From: Ignavibacteriota bacterium
Lineage (GTDB): Bacteria > Bacteroidota > Ignavibacteria > Kapaibacteriales > UBA2268
Assembly (NCBI GenBank): GCA_020437395.1
Contig: JAGQWJ010000007.1
Coordinates: forward strand, 15,523 to 79,522
Length of the DNA stretch: 64,000 bases
Direction of reading: 5' to 3'
Positions 18,167 through 28,600 of this stretch are shown here, one piece after another (within the stretch, counting starts at the first letter, position 1; each line of letters opens with the position of its first letter). The notes beneath the pieces were generated by a model. It had not been told where the DNA came from. It was given only the letters and a program-made list of their open reading frames with translations, and searched no databases. The translations under genes were made by a program, and so were the position numbers.

Positions 18167-19552
18167 CTATTTTAACTTCTCAAATGTAGCTTGGAAAAAG
18201 CGTAAATACTTCGGTTCATAAACCATTTTCAAACCTTTTATCTTTTTTCTTCTGTCATAAACCATTGCTACGGACTCGGCAACTACATCCATGTGTGCTT
18301 GAGTATAAACTCTTCTTGGTATTGTGAACCGTACTAATTCTAACTTAGGATAGTAGTTCTCGCCATTTGGTTTTCTACCAGCTGACACTACTCCTCTTTC
18401 CATAGTACGTACACCCGATTCTAAATAAATTTCTGCAGCAAGAGTTTGAGCAGGAAACTCGTCTTGCGTTAGCTGAGGTAAGAATTCCTTAGCATCCACG
18501 AATATTCCATGCCCACCAATTGGTTTGACTATCGGAATACCGTATTTGCTCATTTTCTCACCCAAATATTCAACCTGACCAACGCGAGCCCTTTGGTGGT
18601 AGTCATTTACACTTTCCTTAATACCAACAGCTATTGCTTCCATATCTCTACCGGCTAAACCACCGTAAGTATGGAGACCTTCATAGACTACTACTAAATT
18701 ACGTGCTTCTTCGAATACATCCCAATCGTTGATTGCTAAAAAGCCACCTATGTTGACCAATGCATCTTTTTTTGCGCTCATAGTTGCACCGTCCGTTAAG
18801 GAACATATTTCAAAAACAATGTCTTTTATCTTTTTATCGCGGTATCCTTTCTCTCGCTGTTGAATGAAGTATGCATTCTCGGCAACCCTTGTCATATCCA
18901 GAATTATTTTTATGCCGTGTTTATTTGTGTAAGTTCTCAGCTCTTTTAAATTCTGAATACTTATTGGTTGACCACCTGCCATATTAACAGTAGTAGCTAT
19001 GCAAACATAAGGTATTTTTGATGCACCATATTTCTTCACTAATTTGTCAAGTTTTGTGATATCTACATTGCCTTTGAACTCAAATGTATTAGTTGGATCA
19101 TGTGCCTCATCGATTATAATATCAACAAACCTACCACCTGCTAATTCCTGATGCAATCTTGTAGTAGTGAAATACATATTCCCAGGAACTATATCTCCTT
19201 TTTTGATTAGTATTTGTGAAAGTATATTTTCTGCTCCTCGTCCCTGATGAGTGGGTATTACATATTTATAGCCATAATATTTCTTAATTGCATTTTCAAA
19301 ATTGTAGTAACTCTTACTTCCTGCGTAAGCTTCATCACCAGTCATGAATGCAGACCATTGTCTATCGCTCATAGAGTTTGTTCCACTATCTGTGAGCAAA
19401 TCAATATAAACATCATCCGATTGTAATAGAAAAGTGTTGTAGCCAGCATTTTTTAGTGACTTTGCTCTTTGTGGTCTGGTGGTCATCTTAAGTAATTCCA
19501 CCATCTTCATTTTGTATGGTTCAGCCCATGATTTGTGTGTTAGTTTAGCCAT
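18167..19552 (-). CDS. Beta-eliminating lyase: tryptophanase / tyrosine phenol-lyase family (PLP-dependent)
   Basis: DLLTDSGTNSMSDRQW...GDEAYAGS...PTHQGRGAEN and the SAKKD PLP-lysine region. TnaA and TPL cannot be separated by eye. Confidence 0.88.
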   Translation of the reverse strand: MAKLTHKSWAEPYKMKMVELLKMTTRPQRAKSLKNAGYNTFLLQSDDVYIDLLTDSGTNSMSDRQWSAFMTGDEAYAGSKSYYNFENAIKKYYGYKYVIPTHQGRGAENILSQILIKKGDIVPGNMYFTTTRLHQELAGGRFVDIIIDEAHDPTNTFEFKGNVDITKLDKLVKKYGASKIPYVCIATTVNMAGGQPISIQNLKELRTYTNKHGIKIILDMTRVAENAYFIQQREKGYRDKKIKDIVFEICSLTDGATMSAKKDALVNIGGFLAINDWDVFEEARNLVVVYEGLHTYGGLAGRDMEAIAVGIKESVNDYHQRARVGQVEYLGEKMSKYGIPIVKPIGGHGIFVDAKEFLPQLTQDEFPAQTLAAEIYLESGVRTMERGVVSAGRKPNGENYYPKLELVRFTIPRRVYTQAHMDVVAESVAMVYDRRKKIKGLKMVYEPKYLRFFQATFEKLK

Positions 19553-19706
19553 GATTTTTCTTCTAAAAGTTAAAAATTCTTTTTCAGTTATTCAAATATA
19601 CTGATTTATTTTAAATACAAGATAAAAGAATATTATATCTATTATTATTGTCACATTTTTTATTGGGATTTAATAGAAAATATTAGCTATATTAGGTGTC
19701 TTATTC

Positions 19707-20252
19707 ATAACGCAATATAATAACATCGAAAATTTAACTAAAAAAGAGCTTGTAAAAGGTCTCAAAGCTAAGAATAGAGATTGTTATAATTATCTTTATA
19801 AAAATTATTCTGCCAAATTATATGGTATAGCTTTGCATATTACTCAGAAGACTGACCTGGCTGAAGATGTTCTACAAGAAACATTCATCAAGGTTTTCAA
19901 ACACGTTGGCAAATTCGACGAATCTAAAGGTACATTTTTCACATGGATGCTTAATATCTGTCGTAATGGAGCAATAGATAAAATAAGATATGGGAAAGAA
20001 AGCAAAAAAATCCAATTTGATTCGCTAAACGTAGATATTATATCGAAAACAAATCCAGAAATTGAACTGGCAAATAGTGAGTTATGGAACTTGTTAGAAA
20101 AACTTGACGAAGAACACAAAACTATTTTAAAACTATCTTATTATTACGGTTACTCACACTCAGAAATTGCTGAAAAATTGGATATGCCTTTTGGTACTGT
20201 GAAGTCAAAGATAAGAATTGCAATAAGGGAGCTCAGAAAAATATACCCATGA
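19707..20252 (+). CDS. ECF sigma factor (SigK-like), paralog 1, start codon uncertain
   Basis: About 80% identical to the paralog at 21131-21664. The first canonical start, TTG 19833, would delete region 2.1. The in-frame upstream sequence is homologous to the paralog N-terminus, with no stop back to 19677 and no ATG/GTG/TTG. ATA 19707 is proposed. Confidence 0.7.
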   Translation: MTQYNNIENLTKKELVKGLKAKNRDCYNYLYKNYSAKLYGIALHITQKTDLAEDVLQETFIKVFKHVGKFDESKGTFFTWMLNICRNGAIDKIRYGKESKKIQFDSLNVDIISKTNPEIELANSELWNLLEKLDEEHKTILKLSYYYGYSHSEIAEKLDMPFGTVKSKIRIAIRELRKIYP

Positions 20253-21070
20253 TCGATATAAAAAAATATATAGAATCAGGAATATTAGAAGAATATGTAG
20301 CTGGTACATTGACTTCTCAAGAAAGAGCAGAAGTAGAAGAATTAATAGAAATTCACCCAGAATTAGCCCAAGAAATAGAATCAATAAGTATTAGTTTATC
20401 AGTCTTTACAGATATTGGTGCTGTTGAACCTGCTTCCTATATGGAAGAAAGAATATGGGATAGTATAATTGGAACGGATTTCGATGGTGAAGAAGAAACG
20501 GTTGATAAAGCATTACTGACTTCTAACAAAGCAACTAAGTTACCTTACATATTAACAGTCGCAATGTCGATTATCATATTAGTGATTACCTATTTACTAA
20601 TTGAATCCAGTAACGACCTGGAAGTAGCAAAAGTTAAGATTATTGAATTAGAAAATAAGAATAATGAGTTAATTAAGGAATATGATAGATTAAAAAAAGA
20701 TTACGATTCATTGAATACAATTTCGAATATCTATAATCTAGAAAACTCAAAAATAATAGTAATGAATTCAAACAAGCGTAATGCTGGTAATTCTATCGTC
20801 CTATTTATATGGAATAAAGATAATAGCAAGATATATCTGGAAATAAAATCCTTACCCAAAAATAATCCGTCAATGACTTACATTTTGTGGGGTATAACTC
20901 AAATTGGACAACAAATTAAAATTGGTGATTTTGTATATGATGGCATTAGTAAGACGATAGAAGTAGGTAGGATGAACGGCGTTGTCAAGTTTATATTAAC
21001 CGAAGAGAACAATACGAAAGTAAGTCATCCAAATATGGCAAAAGTGTACACACATACAAATGTTTATTAA
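20249..21070 (+). CDS. Anti-sigma factor, RskA-like, paralog 1 (degenerate extracytoplasmic domain)
   Basis: N-terminal anti-sigma helix bundle (YIESGILEEYVAGTLTSQERAEVE), one TM and a C-terminal RskA-like domain. The start overlaps the sigma stop (ATGA). Confidence 0.75.
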   Translation: MIDIKKYIESGILEEYVAGTLTSQERAEVEELIEIHPELAQEIESISISLSVFTDIGAVEPASYMEERIWDSIIGTDFDGEEETVDKALLTSNKATKLPYILTVAMSIIILVITYLLIESSNDLEVAKVKIIELENKNNELIKEYDRLKKDYDSLNTISNIYNLENSKIIVMNSNKRNAGNSIVLFIWNKDNSKIYLEIKSLPKNNPSMTYILWGITQIGQQIKIGDFVYDGISKTIEVGRMNGVVKFILTEENNTKVSHPNMAKVYTHTNVY

Positions 21071-21130
21071 TGAAGTTATTGCAAATATAGCTGATTTGAT
21101 AAAATAAAGTAAAGTGACAAATATTTAGCA

Positions 21131-21664
21131 ATGAAGAAACTGAATTTAGAAACATCTGAGTTGATAGAGGGTTTGATTAACAAAGACCGGATGGCCTATG
21201 ATTATCTGTATGATAATTATTCTTCCAAACTATACGGTATTGCTCTTCACATTACTCAAAAGAGAGATATTGCAGAAGATGTACTACAAGAAACATTCAT
21301 AAAGGTCTATAAACACATAGATAAATATGATGAAACTAGAGGTACTTTTTTTACTTGGATGCTTAATATATGCCGGAATGGAGCAATTGACAAAATAAGA
21401 TACGGAAAAGAAAGTAGAAAAATCCAATATGATTCTTTACTCGTAGATATAGCAACTAATGAAAATCCTGAGGTTGAAAGAGCAAACGCTGAACTTTGGG
21501 AAGTCTTGAATAAATTAGAAAATGAACACAAAGAGATATTGAAACTCTCGTATTACTACGGCTATGCTCACGGTGAAATATCAGAAAAATTAGGTATTCC
21601 CTTAGGCACTGTGAAGTCAAAAATACGAATAGCATTGAGAGAATTAAGAAAAATTTATCCATGA
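21131..21664 (+). CDS. ECF sigma factor (SigK-like), paralog 2
   Basis: Full-length sigma-70 regions 2 and 4 (DVLQETFIKVY..., GTVKSKIRIALRELRK). Confidence 0.88.
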   Translation: MKKLNLETSELIEGLINKDRMAYDYLYDNYSSKLYGIALHITQKRDIAEDVLQETFIKVYKHIDKYDETRGTFFTWMLNICRNGAIDKIRYGKESRKIQYDSLLVDIATNENPEVERANAELWEVLNKLENEHKEILKLSYYYGYAHGEISEKLGIPLGTVKSKIRIALRELRKIYP

Positions 21665-22488
21665 TAGATATTAAACAATATATAGAATCCGGAGTAATTG
21701 AAGAATATGTGCTTGGTAAACTCTCTGAGCAAGAGAGGGCAGAAGTTGAATGCTTATCAACGACTTATCCTGAAATCAGCAAAGAAGTAGAGGAATCCTT
21801 AATTAGCTTAACTCTTTTCGCAGAAATTGGGGCTACAGATCCCAAACCCGAATTGAAAGAGAAAATATGGGAAAGCATATTAATCGAAACGAAGCCTGAG
21901 AATATTATTAAACTCCAACAATCCGAAGGAACAGCAAATACCTCCGCAGAGAAATCGAATATAATGAATTATGCAGTTGCTGCAGTATTAGCTATAATTG
22001 CCATTGGTAGTTCTTATTGGGCATTCCAAACTAATTCGCAGTTGAGCAAAGCAGAGATGGAGATTGCTGAACTCAACACTGCAAACAAGAATATTGTTAG
22101 TGATTTTACAACCCTAAAAGATATAATAAACAAAAACAACTCAATATATGAATTGCCAAAAGCGCAAGTGATAAAGTTAGAGGGTGTTGCTGAGAAATCT
22201 CCCGAATCGATGGCATTTGCTGTTTGGGACAAAGAATCAGGTAATGTTTACTTAGATGTAAAAAAATTACCAAAGAATCCAGACGGTAAACAATACCAAC
22301 TTTGGACTATATCCGATAAAGGTCAACCTATTAGCGTAGGAGTTTTTGATCAAAGCGGTCAAAAAGAAATAATCAACCTTGGTAGAGCCGAGACTTCTAT
22401 AATGTTCGCTGTAACTCTTGAAAAAGCTGGAGGAGTGGAGAGCCCTACTATGAGTGAGATGTATATATCAGGTAAAGTAAAATCTTAA
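21661..22488 (+). CDS. Anti-sigma-K factor RskA-like, paralog 2
   Basis: Anti-sigma N-domain, TM, and a C-terminal RskA domain with YQLWTISDKGQPISVGVF...FAVTLEKAGGVESPT. Confidence 0.82.
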   Translation: MIDIKQYIESGVIEEYVLGKLSEQERAEVECLSTTYPEISKEVEESLISLTLFAEIGATDPKPELKEKIWESILIETKPENIIKLQQSEGTANTSAEKSNIMNYAVAAVLAIIAIGSSYWAFQTNSQLSKAEMEIAELNTANKNIVSDFTTLKDIINKNNSIYELPKAQVIKLEGVAEKSPESMAFAVWDKESGNVYLDVKKLPKNPDGKQYQLWTISDKGQPISVGVFDQSGQKEIINLGRAETSIMFAVTLEKAGGVESPTMSEMYISGKVKS

Positions 22489-22497
22489 AAATAAGAT

Positions 22498-24297
22498 TTA
22501 TTGAAGTATTACAACTTTCTCAAAGTTAACTCTGTTTTTACTGGCATTAGTAATTGTTAGTTTGGTTAATTTAGTTGTTCTGTTTTTGCTCGACACTACA
22601 TCTAATCCACTTGGTATTGTTCTTATAAGCGTTGGATTAATTTCATAAGGTACAACAAAACTGACAGAAATATCTGTTTCCAGAGGTGCTACTAATTTAT
22701 TTCCTTCAAAAATATTAAATATCTCTGTTTCGGACTTAAACAAATAAGAAGGTATTTCCAATTTTGCGAATGAGCTATCAATACCAACTTTCTTACTATA
22801 TTTATCAAAATAAAGCACTCCTTTATAATCATATTCACCTTTTACGTATATAGCAACATCAATATATCTATTTTGGAACCTAATGTTTTCGGATAACATA
22901 GTGTCAATATTGAGAATCGGCTCTCTAGTACCAATATGGAATTGAATAATATCTGGTTCATTGTTAAGAACATATTCTGGGTCACCTAACTCATGTCCAA
23001 TAAACCCTTTTCCCATATTCTCTGGTTTATTTCTTGGTATATGATAGTCGTTAAGTCCAAGCATATCAAGAGCGGGGAACATAGTAAAATAGGGCAATGA
23101 ACCCGCAGGATCAATTGCAATTAGCGGCTGTTTCTCTCCGAATGTATTTTTGAGTTCCTTACCTAACGTTTTGAGATTGAATACCCAAAGAGATTTTCTT
23201 GATCGAGTGTTATTGTCATCGGTTATTTGCTGATATAGATAGAATAACATCAATAATGATAGTAGTGATATCCAAACCTTTTTTTTCTTAGGTTTAAAAT
23301 TATTCTGCTCTAAATATATTCCCATTCCATCTATTATTAGCAACATAAATACGATAATAGTAAATAGATGATGGCGAAATGCAAAGAAGAAATCCCCACC
23401 TATGAAAGCTATATATGCAGCCCAAATTCCTATTAGCATCATGTAGAGCAATGCGATTTGCTTTTTCTTATAGATCAGATAACCAAGAGATCCGAATGCA
23501 ATTAAGAATAAGGAAAAGTTAGATTTAAAAAACCTAAGAGTGTACATTATACCAGTATATGCGTGATAAAGCGACGGACTAACTTTTACATGTGCGGTGT
23601 TCGGTACTAATTCCCCATAGTATAGAATCCTAAATGTTAACTGTCCAAAGTATAGGATAATAGGAAACAATGCTATTTTTGATAGATTTGTAAAAGCAAT
23701 CTTCAAATCGTTTCTATTGGAAATTAGATGAAACAGACCGATAATAACTGAAAGAAGCACCCCATCTGGTCTAGTAATAGAGAGCAATCCCAAAGAGACG
23801 GATGAAAACCATAGATAACGAGTATCGTTCGTATTTTGATATTCTAAATATCGAGTTATGGATATCAAAGCTAATAAACTCACTAAGGAGTTCTCCAAAC
23901 CACCAATAGCCCATACTGCAACAATTGCAGAAGTTGAAAAAAGAAACAAAACAATCAATAAAATTTTTGGTGCAGTTGTATATTTCTTTTTTGCATAGTC
24001 AATAAGCAAATAAATATTTGTGAGTGTAAATAGTATGCCTAGAATACGTGCTACAAGCATCATATTAGCACCAAGCTTACCAAAAAAAGCTAAAATAAGA
24101 ACCCAAAGTAAATTTGAATACCCCTCTACCTTAATTCCATCAGTCCAGGTTAGTCCATATCCATCTATGAGTCGTTGTGCATAGCGCAAAGTAATAAGCG
24201 AATCATCGGCAAAGAAAGGCATATACCAGTTAATGTTTATTGCCAATGCGATACTTGATAAAACGAATAGGACTATATATATGCTTTTTTTTGTAAT
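22498..24297 (-). CDS. GT-C-fold (ArnT/PMT-like) polytopic membrane glycosyltransferase, putative
   Basis: At least 10 predicted TM helices. FFADDSLITLRYAQRLIDGYGLTW...VEGYSNLLW is a typical first-loop DD motif. The canonical TTG 24246 leaves no TM1. The upstream in-frame (I)TKKSIYIVLFVLSSIA supplies TM1 (ATT 24297 proposed). Confidence 0.6.
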   Translation of the reverse strand: MTKKSIYIVLFVLSSIALAININWYMPFFADDSLITLRYAQRLIDGYGLTWTDGIKVEGYSNLLWVLILAFFGKLGANMMLVARILGILFTLTNIYLLIDYAKKKYTTAPKILLIVLFLFSTSAIVAVWAIGGLENSLVSLLALISITRYLEYQNTNDTRYLWFSSVSLGLLSITRPDGVLLSVIIGLFHLISNRNDLKIAFTNLSKIALFPIILYFGQLTFRILYYGELVPNTAHVKVSPSLYHAYTGIMYTLRFFKSNFSLFLIAFGSLGYLIYKKKQIALLYMMLIGIWAAYIAFIGGDFFFAFRHHLFTIIVFMLLIIDGMGIYLEQNNFKPKKKKVWISLLSLLMLFYLYQQITDDNNTRSRKSLWVFNLKTLGKELKNTFGEKQPLIAIDPAGSLPYFTMFPALDMLGLNDYHIPRNKPENMGKGFIGHELGDPEYVLNNEPDIIQFHIGTREPILNIDTMLSENIRFQNRYIDVAIYVKGEYDYKGVLYFDKYSKKVGIDSSFAKLEIPSYLFKSETEIFNIFEGNKLVAPLETDISVSFVVPYEINPTLIRTIPSGLDVVSSKNRTTKLTKLTITNASKNRVNFEKVVILQ

Positions 24298-24523
24298 AAA
24301 ACTGTCAACTCTTGCGATTTAGAAAAACAAATATAATCAAAATTAAATCATTCTATGAACACCAAAGCAGTAGAAAAAATACTTCAGAAAAATGTGTATT
24401 CCGTATTGCAAAAAATTACAATAGATTGGTAATTCGGTATTTCAGTTATTATATTAGCTCAAATAAAATTAAATTAGTAGCTATCAGTCTTGTTAAAATA
24501 CTTTTTATAGAAAAAGCGGAATT

Positions 24524-25633
24524 ATGAAGAAAAATCAAGTTGTATTAATAACCTCACTGGTTGTCATTATTGCAGGGGTAATAACTGCTAAAATGATGAT
24601 TGATAGTAAACCTAAGCCGAACCCTCCAAAAAAACTTGAAACAGTGCGATATGCTAAGATGGACGAGGTAAAATATGATGATTATCAAGTTAATATTAAT
24701 GCAACTGGTAATGTTAGAGCTCAAAATAAAATAGATATTTACTCCGAAGTACAGGGAATATATGTTCCTTCGAACAAGCCATTTCGTGAAGGTATTAGCT
24801 TCGAAAAGGGAGAAGTAATGATATCGATAGACAAAAGAGAAGCCGAGCTAACTTTGAAAACTCAGAAAAGTGAGCTTATGAACTCAATAGCTTCTCTGAT
24901 GGCTGATATTAAAGTTGATTTCCCTCAATCATTTGATAAGTGGAATAGTTATTTGAGTAGTTTCGATATTGAAAGTAACCTAAAGGAATTTCCAAAGCCA
25001 AGTAATGACAAAGAAAAATATTTCTTGACAATCCGTAAATTATATAGCCAGTATTATAACATCAAAAACCAAGAAATTAGATTAAGTAAATTCGATATAG
25101 TAGCTCCATTCAATGGTAAAGTAACAATGAGCTCAATTGAGCCAGGTACTCTGGTCAGACCTAATGCCAAAATAGGTGAATTTTCTGGGTTTGGTCTTTA
25201 CGAAGTTGATTTTTCTATTAGAGCAGAAGATTTGAAATATATTAAAATTGGCACTTCAGTCAACGTAGTACACGACGAAAATAAGTATGTTGGTTCAGTT
25301 ATTAGAATATCAGACCGCATAGACCCAACAACTCAATCGGTGAATGTATTTGTACAGGTAAACAGTTCAGATTTGAAAGACGGAATGTATGTGAATGGGG
25401 AGGTTGTAGGTAATAAAATCAATAATGTATATAGATTGCCAAGAGAAGCATTAATAGACAACCGTGAGGTTTATATTATGGAAGAAGGAAAGTTAGCAAA
25501 AGCAGATATAGAGCTAGTTTATGTAGGTAAAAACTATGCTTATGTACGTGGCATAGAAGTAGGTAAAACAGTTATTGTAGAGTCATTGGCTAATATCAAA
25601 TTAGGAACCAAATTGCAAAGAAAAGACAGTTAG
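24524..25633 (+). CDS. RND efflux membrane fusion protein (HlyD family periplasmic adaptor)
   Basis: N-terminal TM anchor and a barrel-sandwich/hairpin pattern. It is immediately upstream of the RND pump. Confidence 0.85.
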   Translation: MKKNQVVLITSLVVIIAGVITAKMMIDSKPKPNPPKKLETVRYAKMDEVKYDDYQVNINATGNVRAQNKIDIYSEVQGIYVPSNKPFREGISFEKGEVMISIDKREAELTLKTQKSELMNSIASLMADIKVDFPQSFDKWNSYLSSFDIESNLKEFPKPSNDKEKYFLTIRKLYSQYYNIKNQEIRLSKFDIVAPFNGKVTMSSIEPGTLVRPNAKIGEFSGFGLYEVDFSIRAEDLKYIKIGTSVNVVHDENKYVGSVIRISDRIDPTTQSVNVFVQVNSSDLKDGMYVNGEVVGNKINNVYRLPREALIDNREVYIMEEGKLAKADIELVYVGKNYAYVRGIEVGKTVIVESLANIKLGTKLQRKDS

Positions 25634-25636
25634 TTG

Positions 25637-28600
25637 ATGAAAGCATTTATTAGATATTTTATAAAATACCCTACATGGTCTAATACTATTCTGATATTAG
25701 TTATGCTATTTGGTGTGCTTGCATTACTCAATATGAAATCATCTTTCTTTCCAGAACGTGAGAGCAAGAACATAAATATTAGTGTTGTTTATCCAGGTGC
25801 ATCGCCAGAAGAGATCGAAACAGGCGTAATACAGAAAATTGAAGATAATTTGAAAGGTGTACAAGGTGTAGATAATTATCAATCTACATCCCAAGAGAAT
25901 GCGGGCTCAATTACCGTTGAAGTACTAGAAGAATATGACACTGATGAAGTACTAATAGACGTCCGGAACGCAGTTGATAGAGTCAATTCTTTTCCTGCTG
26001 GAATGGAGCCACCTGTTGTGTCTAAAAGACCTGCTATAGAGTTTACATATAGTTTTGCAATATTTGGCAATGTAGATTTAGCTACACTTAAGAAAACAGC
26101 ACAAGAAGTAGAAGATGAGCTCAGAGAGATTCCTTCTATTTCTCAAGTTTCTATATCCGGTTTTCCTGCTACAGAAATTAATATAGCTCTAGACGAAGAA
26201 ACTATGCGTCGCTATCAATTGACTTTTCCAGAAGTTGTGAATGCAGTTAGTGCAAAAAATAGAGACCTTTCTGCTGGTAAAATAAAAACTGACAACGAAG
26301 AATTGCTAATTAGATATGAGGGGAAAAATTACTATGCTAAGGATTTACAAAATGTAGTAGTGCGGACGAATAATGATGGTTCCATAGTTCGATTAATGGA
26401 TATTGCTGTTGTCGAAGAAAGATTTGCGGAAGACCCTCAGCGCTCTTTTGTGAATGGTAAACCTGCAGTCATAATAGCTGTTAGCAAAATATATGGAGAA
26501 AACGCACTAGATATAGCTGATGCCGCCAAAGAGTACCAAGAAAATTTTAATGGTAAATACCCTAATATAGAGGCTGCTTTAATCGACGATGCAACTGAAA
26601 GTTTGCGTGGTCGTATCCAATTGCTTTTAGAAAATGGAACAATCGGGGCATTGTTAGTAGTGCTTTCTTTAGCTCTATTCTTGAATTGGAGACTTGCTTT
26701 TTGGGTAGCTATGTCGCTACCATTCTCTTTTTTGGGAATGTTTTTGATGGCGTATTTATTCGATATAACAATTAATGTTATATCTCTATTCGGTTGTATA
26801 GTAGTAGTGGGGATAGTTGTAGATGATGGCATTGTAGTCGGAGAGCAGATATTCCAAAATTATGAAGAAGGACAGAAGTCATATAGAGCGGCTATCAGAG
26901 GTACTTTGCAAGTTTTGCCCTCTGTAACTTTCGCTATTTTGACAACTGTAGTTGCTTTTATGCCATTTTTCTTCATCGATACTCCTGGTCCAAGAATATC
27001 AGACATGTCATTTGTCGTTATTTTCGTATTGCTCTTTTCTCTGTTGGAAGTAGTCGTAATATTGCCAACGCATTTGGCTCATTCCAGAGCATTGAAACAA
27101 GATTTCGTTAAAAGTAAAATCCGTGAAAAATTTGATACACTAGTAAACTACCCTAGGAACAAGATTTACAAGAAAGTACTTGCATTTTCTATGAAACACC
27201 GTTCTATACCTATTGCAATTTCTATTTTCTTTTTCTTAATTACAGTAGGTGCATTTGGTGGAGGAATAGTCAAAACAACCTTTTTCCCGAGTATAGATAC
27301 TGACAATTTTACTATAAAAATAGAGTTACCATCTGGTGCTAGAGAAGCCCAAACAATGGAAGTTCTAAATAGAGTCGAAAAAGCAATTTGGGAAGTGGGC
27401 GAAGAACTCAAAGAATCTGAAAATAAGGATGAAAGTTTAGTTGTTAGAGTAGTGAAGAATGTAGCTGCTATGCCATCTGGATGGGGGCAAGCAGAGGCTG
27501 GCAATGCTAATGTAGGTAATATACAAGTCTTTTTGCAAAGTGAAGAAGTTAGGACTATACCTGCTCTTACAATTGCAAATATGGTTCGTGAAAAAGTAGG
27601 TCCACTTACTGAAGTCGATAAGGCAGAATTCGGTAGTACTAGCTTTTTTGGAAAACCAATTTCTATTCCACTTATGGGTAGGGATTTATCGGAATTGCAA
27701 GAAGCAAAAAAAGAGTTAAAAGAAGCACTTCAATCTATTACAGAGCTGCGTGATGTCACGGACAATGACCCACAGGGGCTAAGAGAAATACAACTTGAAT
27801 TAAAGGAAAAAGCATTTATATTAGGTTTTACGCCTTTGGATATAGCAAGACAAATCAGACAAGGTTATTTTGGTGAAGAGGTGATGAGATTGCAGCGTGG
27901 TGCTGACGAGATAAAAGTCTGGGTGAGATTTACAGAGGAATATCGCTCATCGCTCGATAATTTTGATAATATGAGAATAAAAGATATACAAGGTAATTCT
28001 TATCCTTTGACGGAACTAGTAAACTACAAAATAGATCGTGGCTCTATCAAGATAAATCACCTAGACGGTATGCGAGAGATAACAGTAGAAGCTGATACTA
28101 AAGATCCTAAAGCGCAAGTACCAAAGATAATTGCAGAAATAAATGAGGATATATTAGCCCCTATATTAGCAAAATATCCTACTGTAAAGACAACTGCTTC
28201 GGGTCAAGCTAAGAGGATAGAGAAACTTAGTGCTGGTTTGATTATCTTACCATTGGCATTTGTACTTATGTTCTTTTTGATAAGTTTATCTTTCCGATCA
28301 CCTTTGCAAGCACTTATTGTAGTTAGTCTAATACCATTTGGGTTGATGGGTGCGGTTTGGGGACACATAATACAAGGTATGTCATTCAATGTTATGTCCT
28401 TTTACGGAACAATAGCTCTTATCGGTATTATAGTAAATGACTCTATTGTGTTTGTGAACTCATTCAATGACAACCTAAAAGAAGGGCAAAAATTCTACGA
28501 TGCAATTTACAATGCAGGTATTACTAGATTTAGACCTATCTTGCTAACTACTGTAACGACAGTTCTAGGACTTTTTCCACTGCTGATGGAGACTAGTATT

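Noticed and set aside
24312-24527. A 71-aa ORF upstream of the RND operon as a possible small regulator.
   Set aside because: It has a TTG start, a highly basic low-complexity composition typical of AT-rich non-coding DNA, and no HTH or other motif. It overlaps the membrane fusion protein start.
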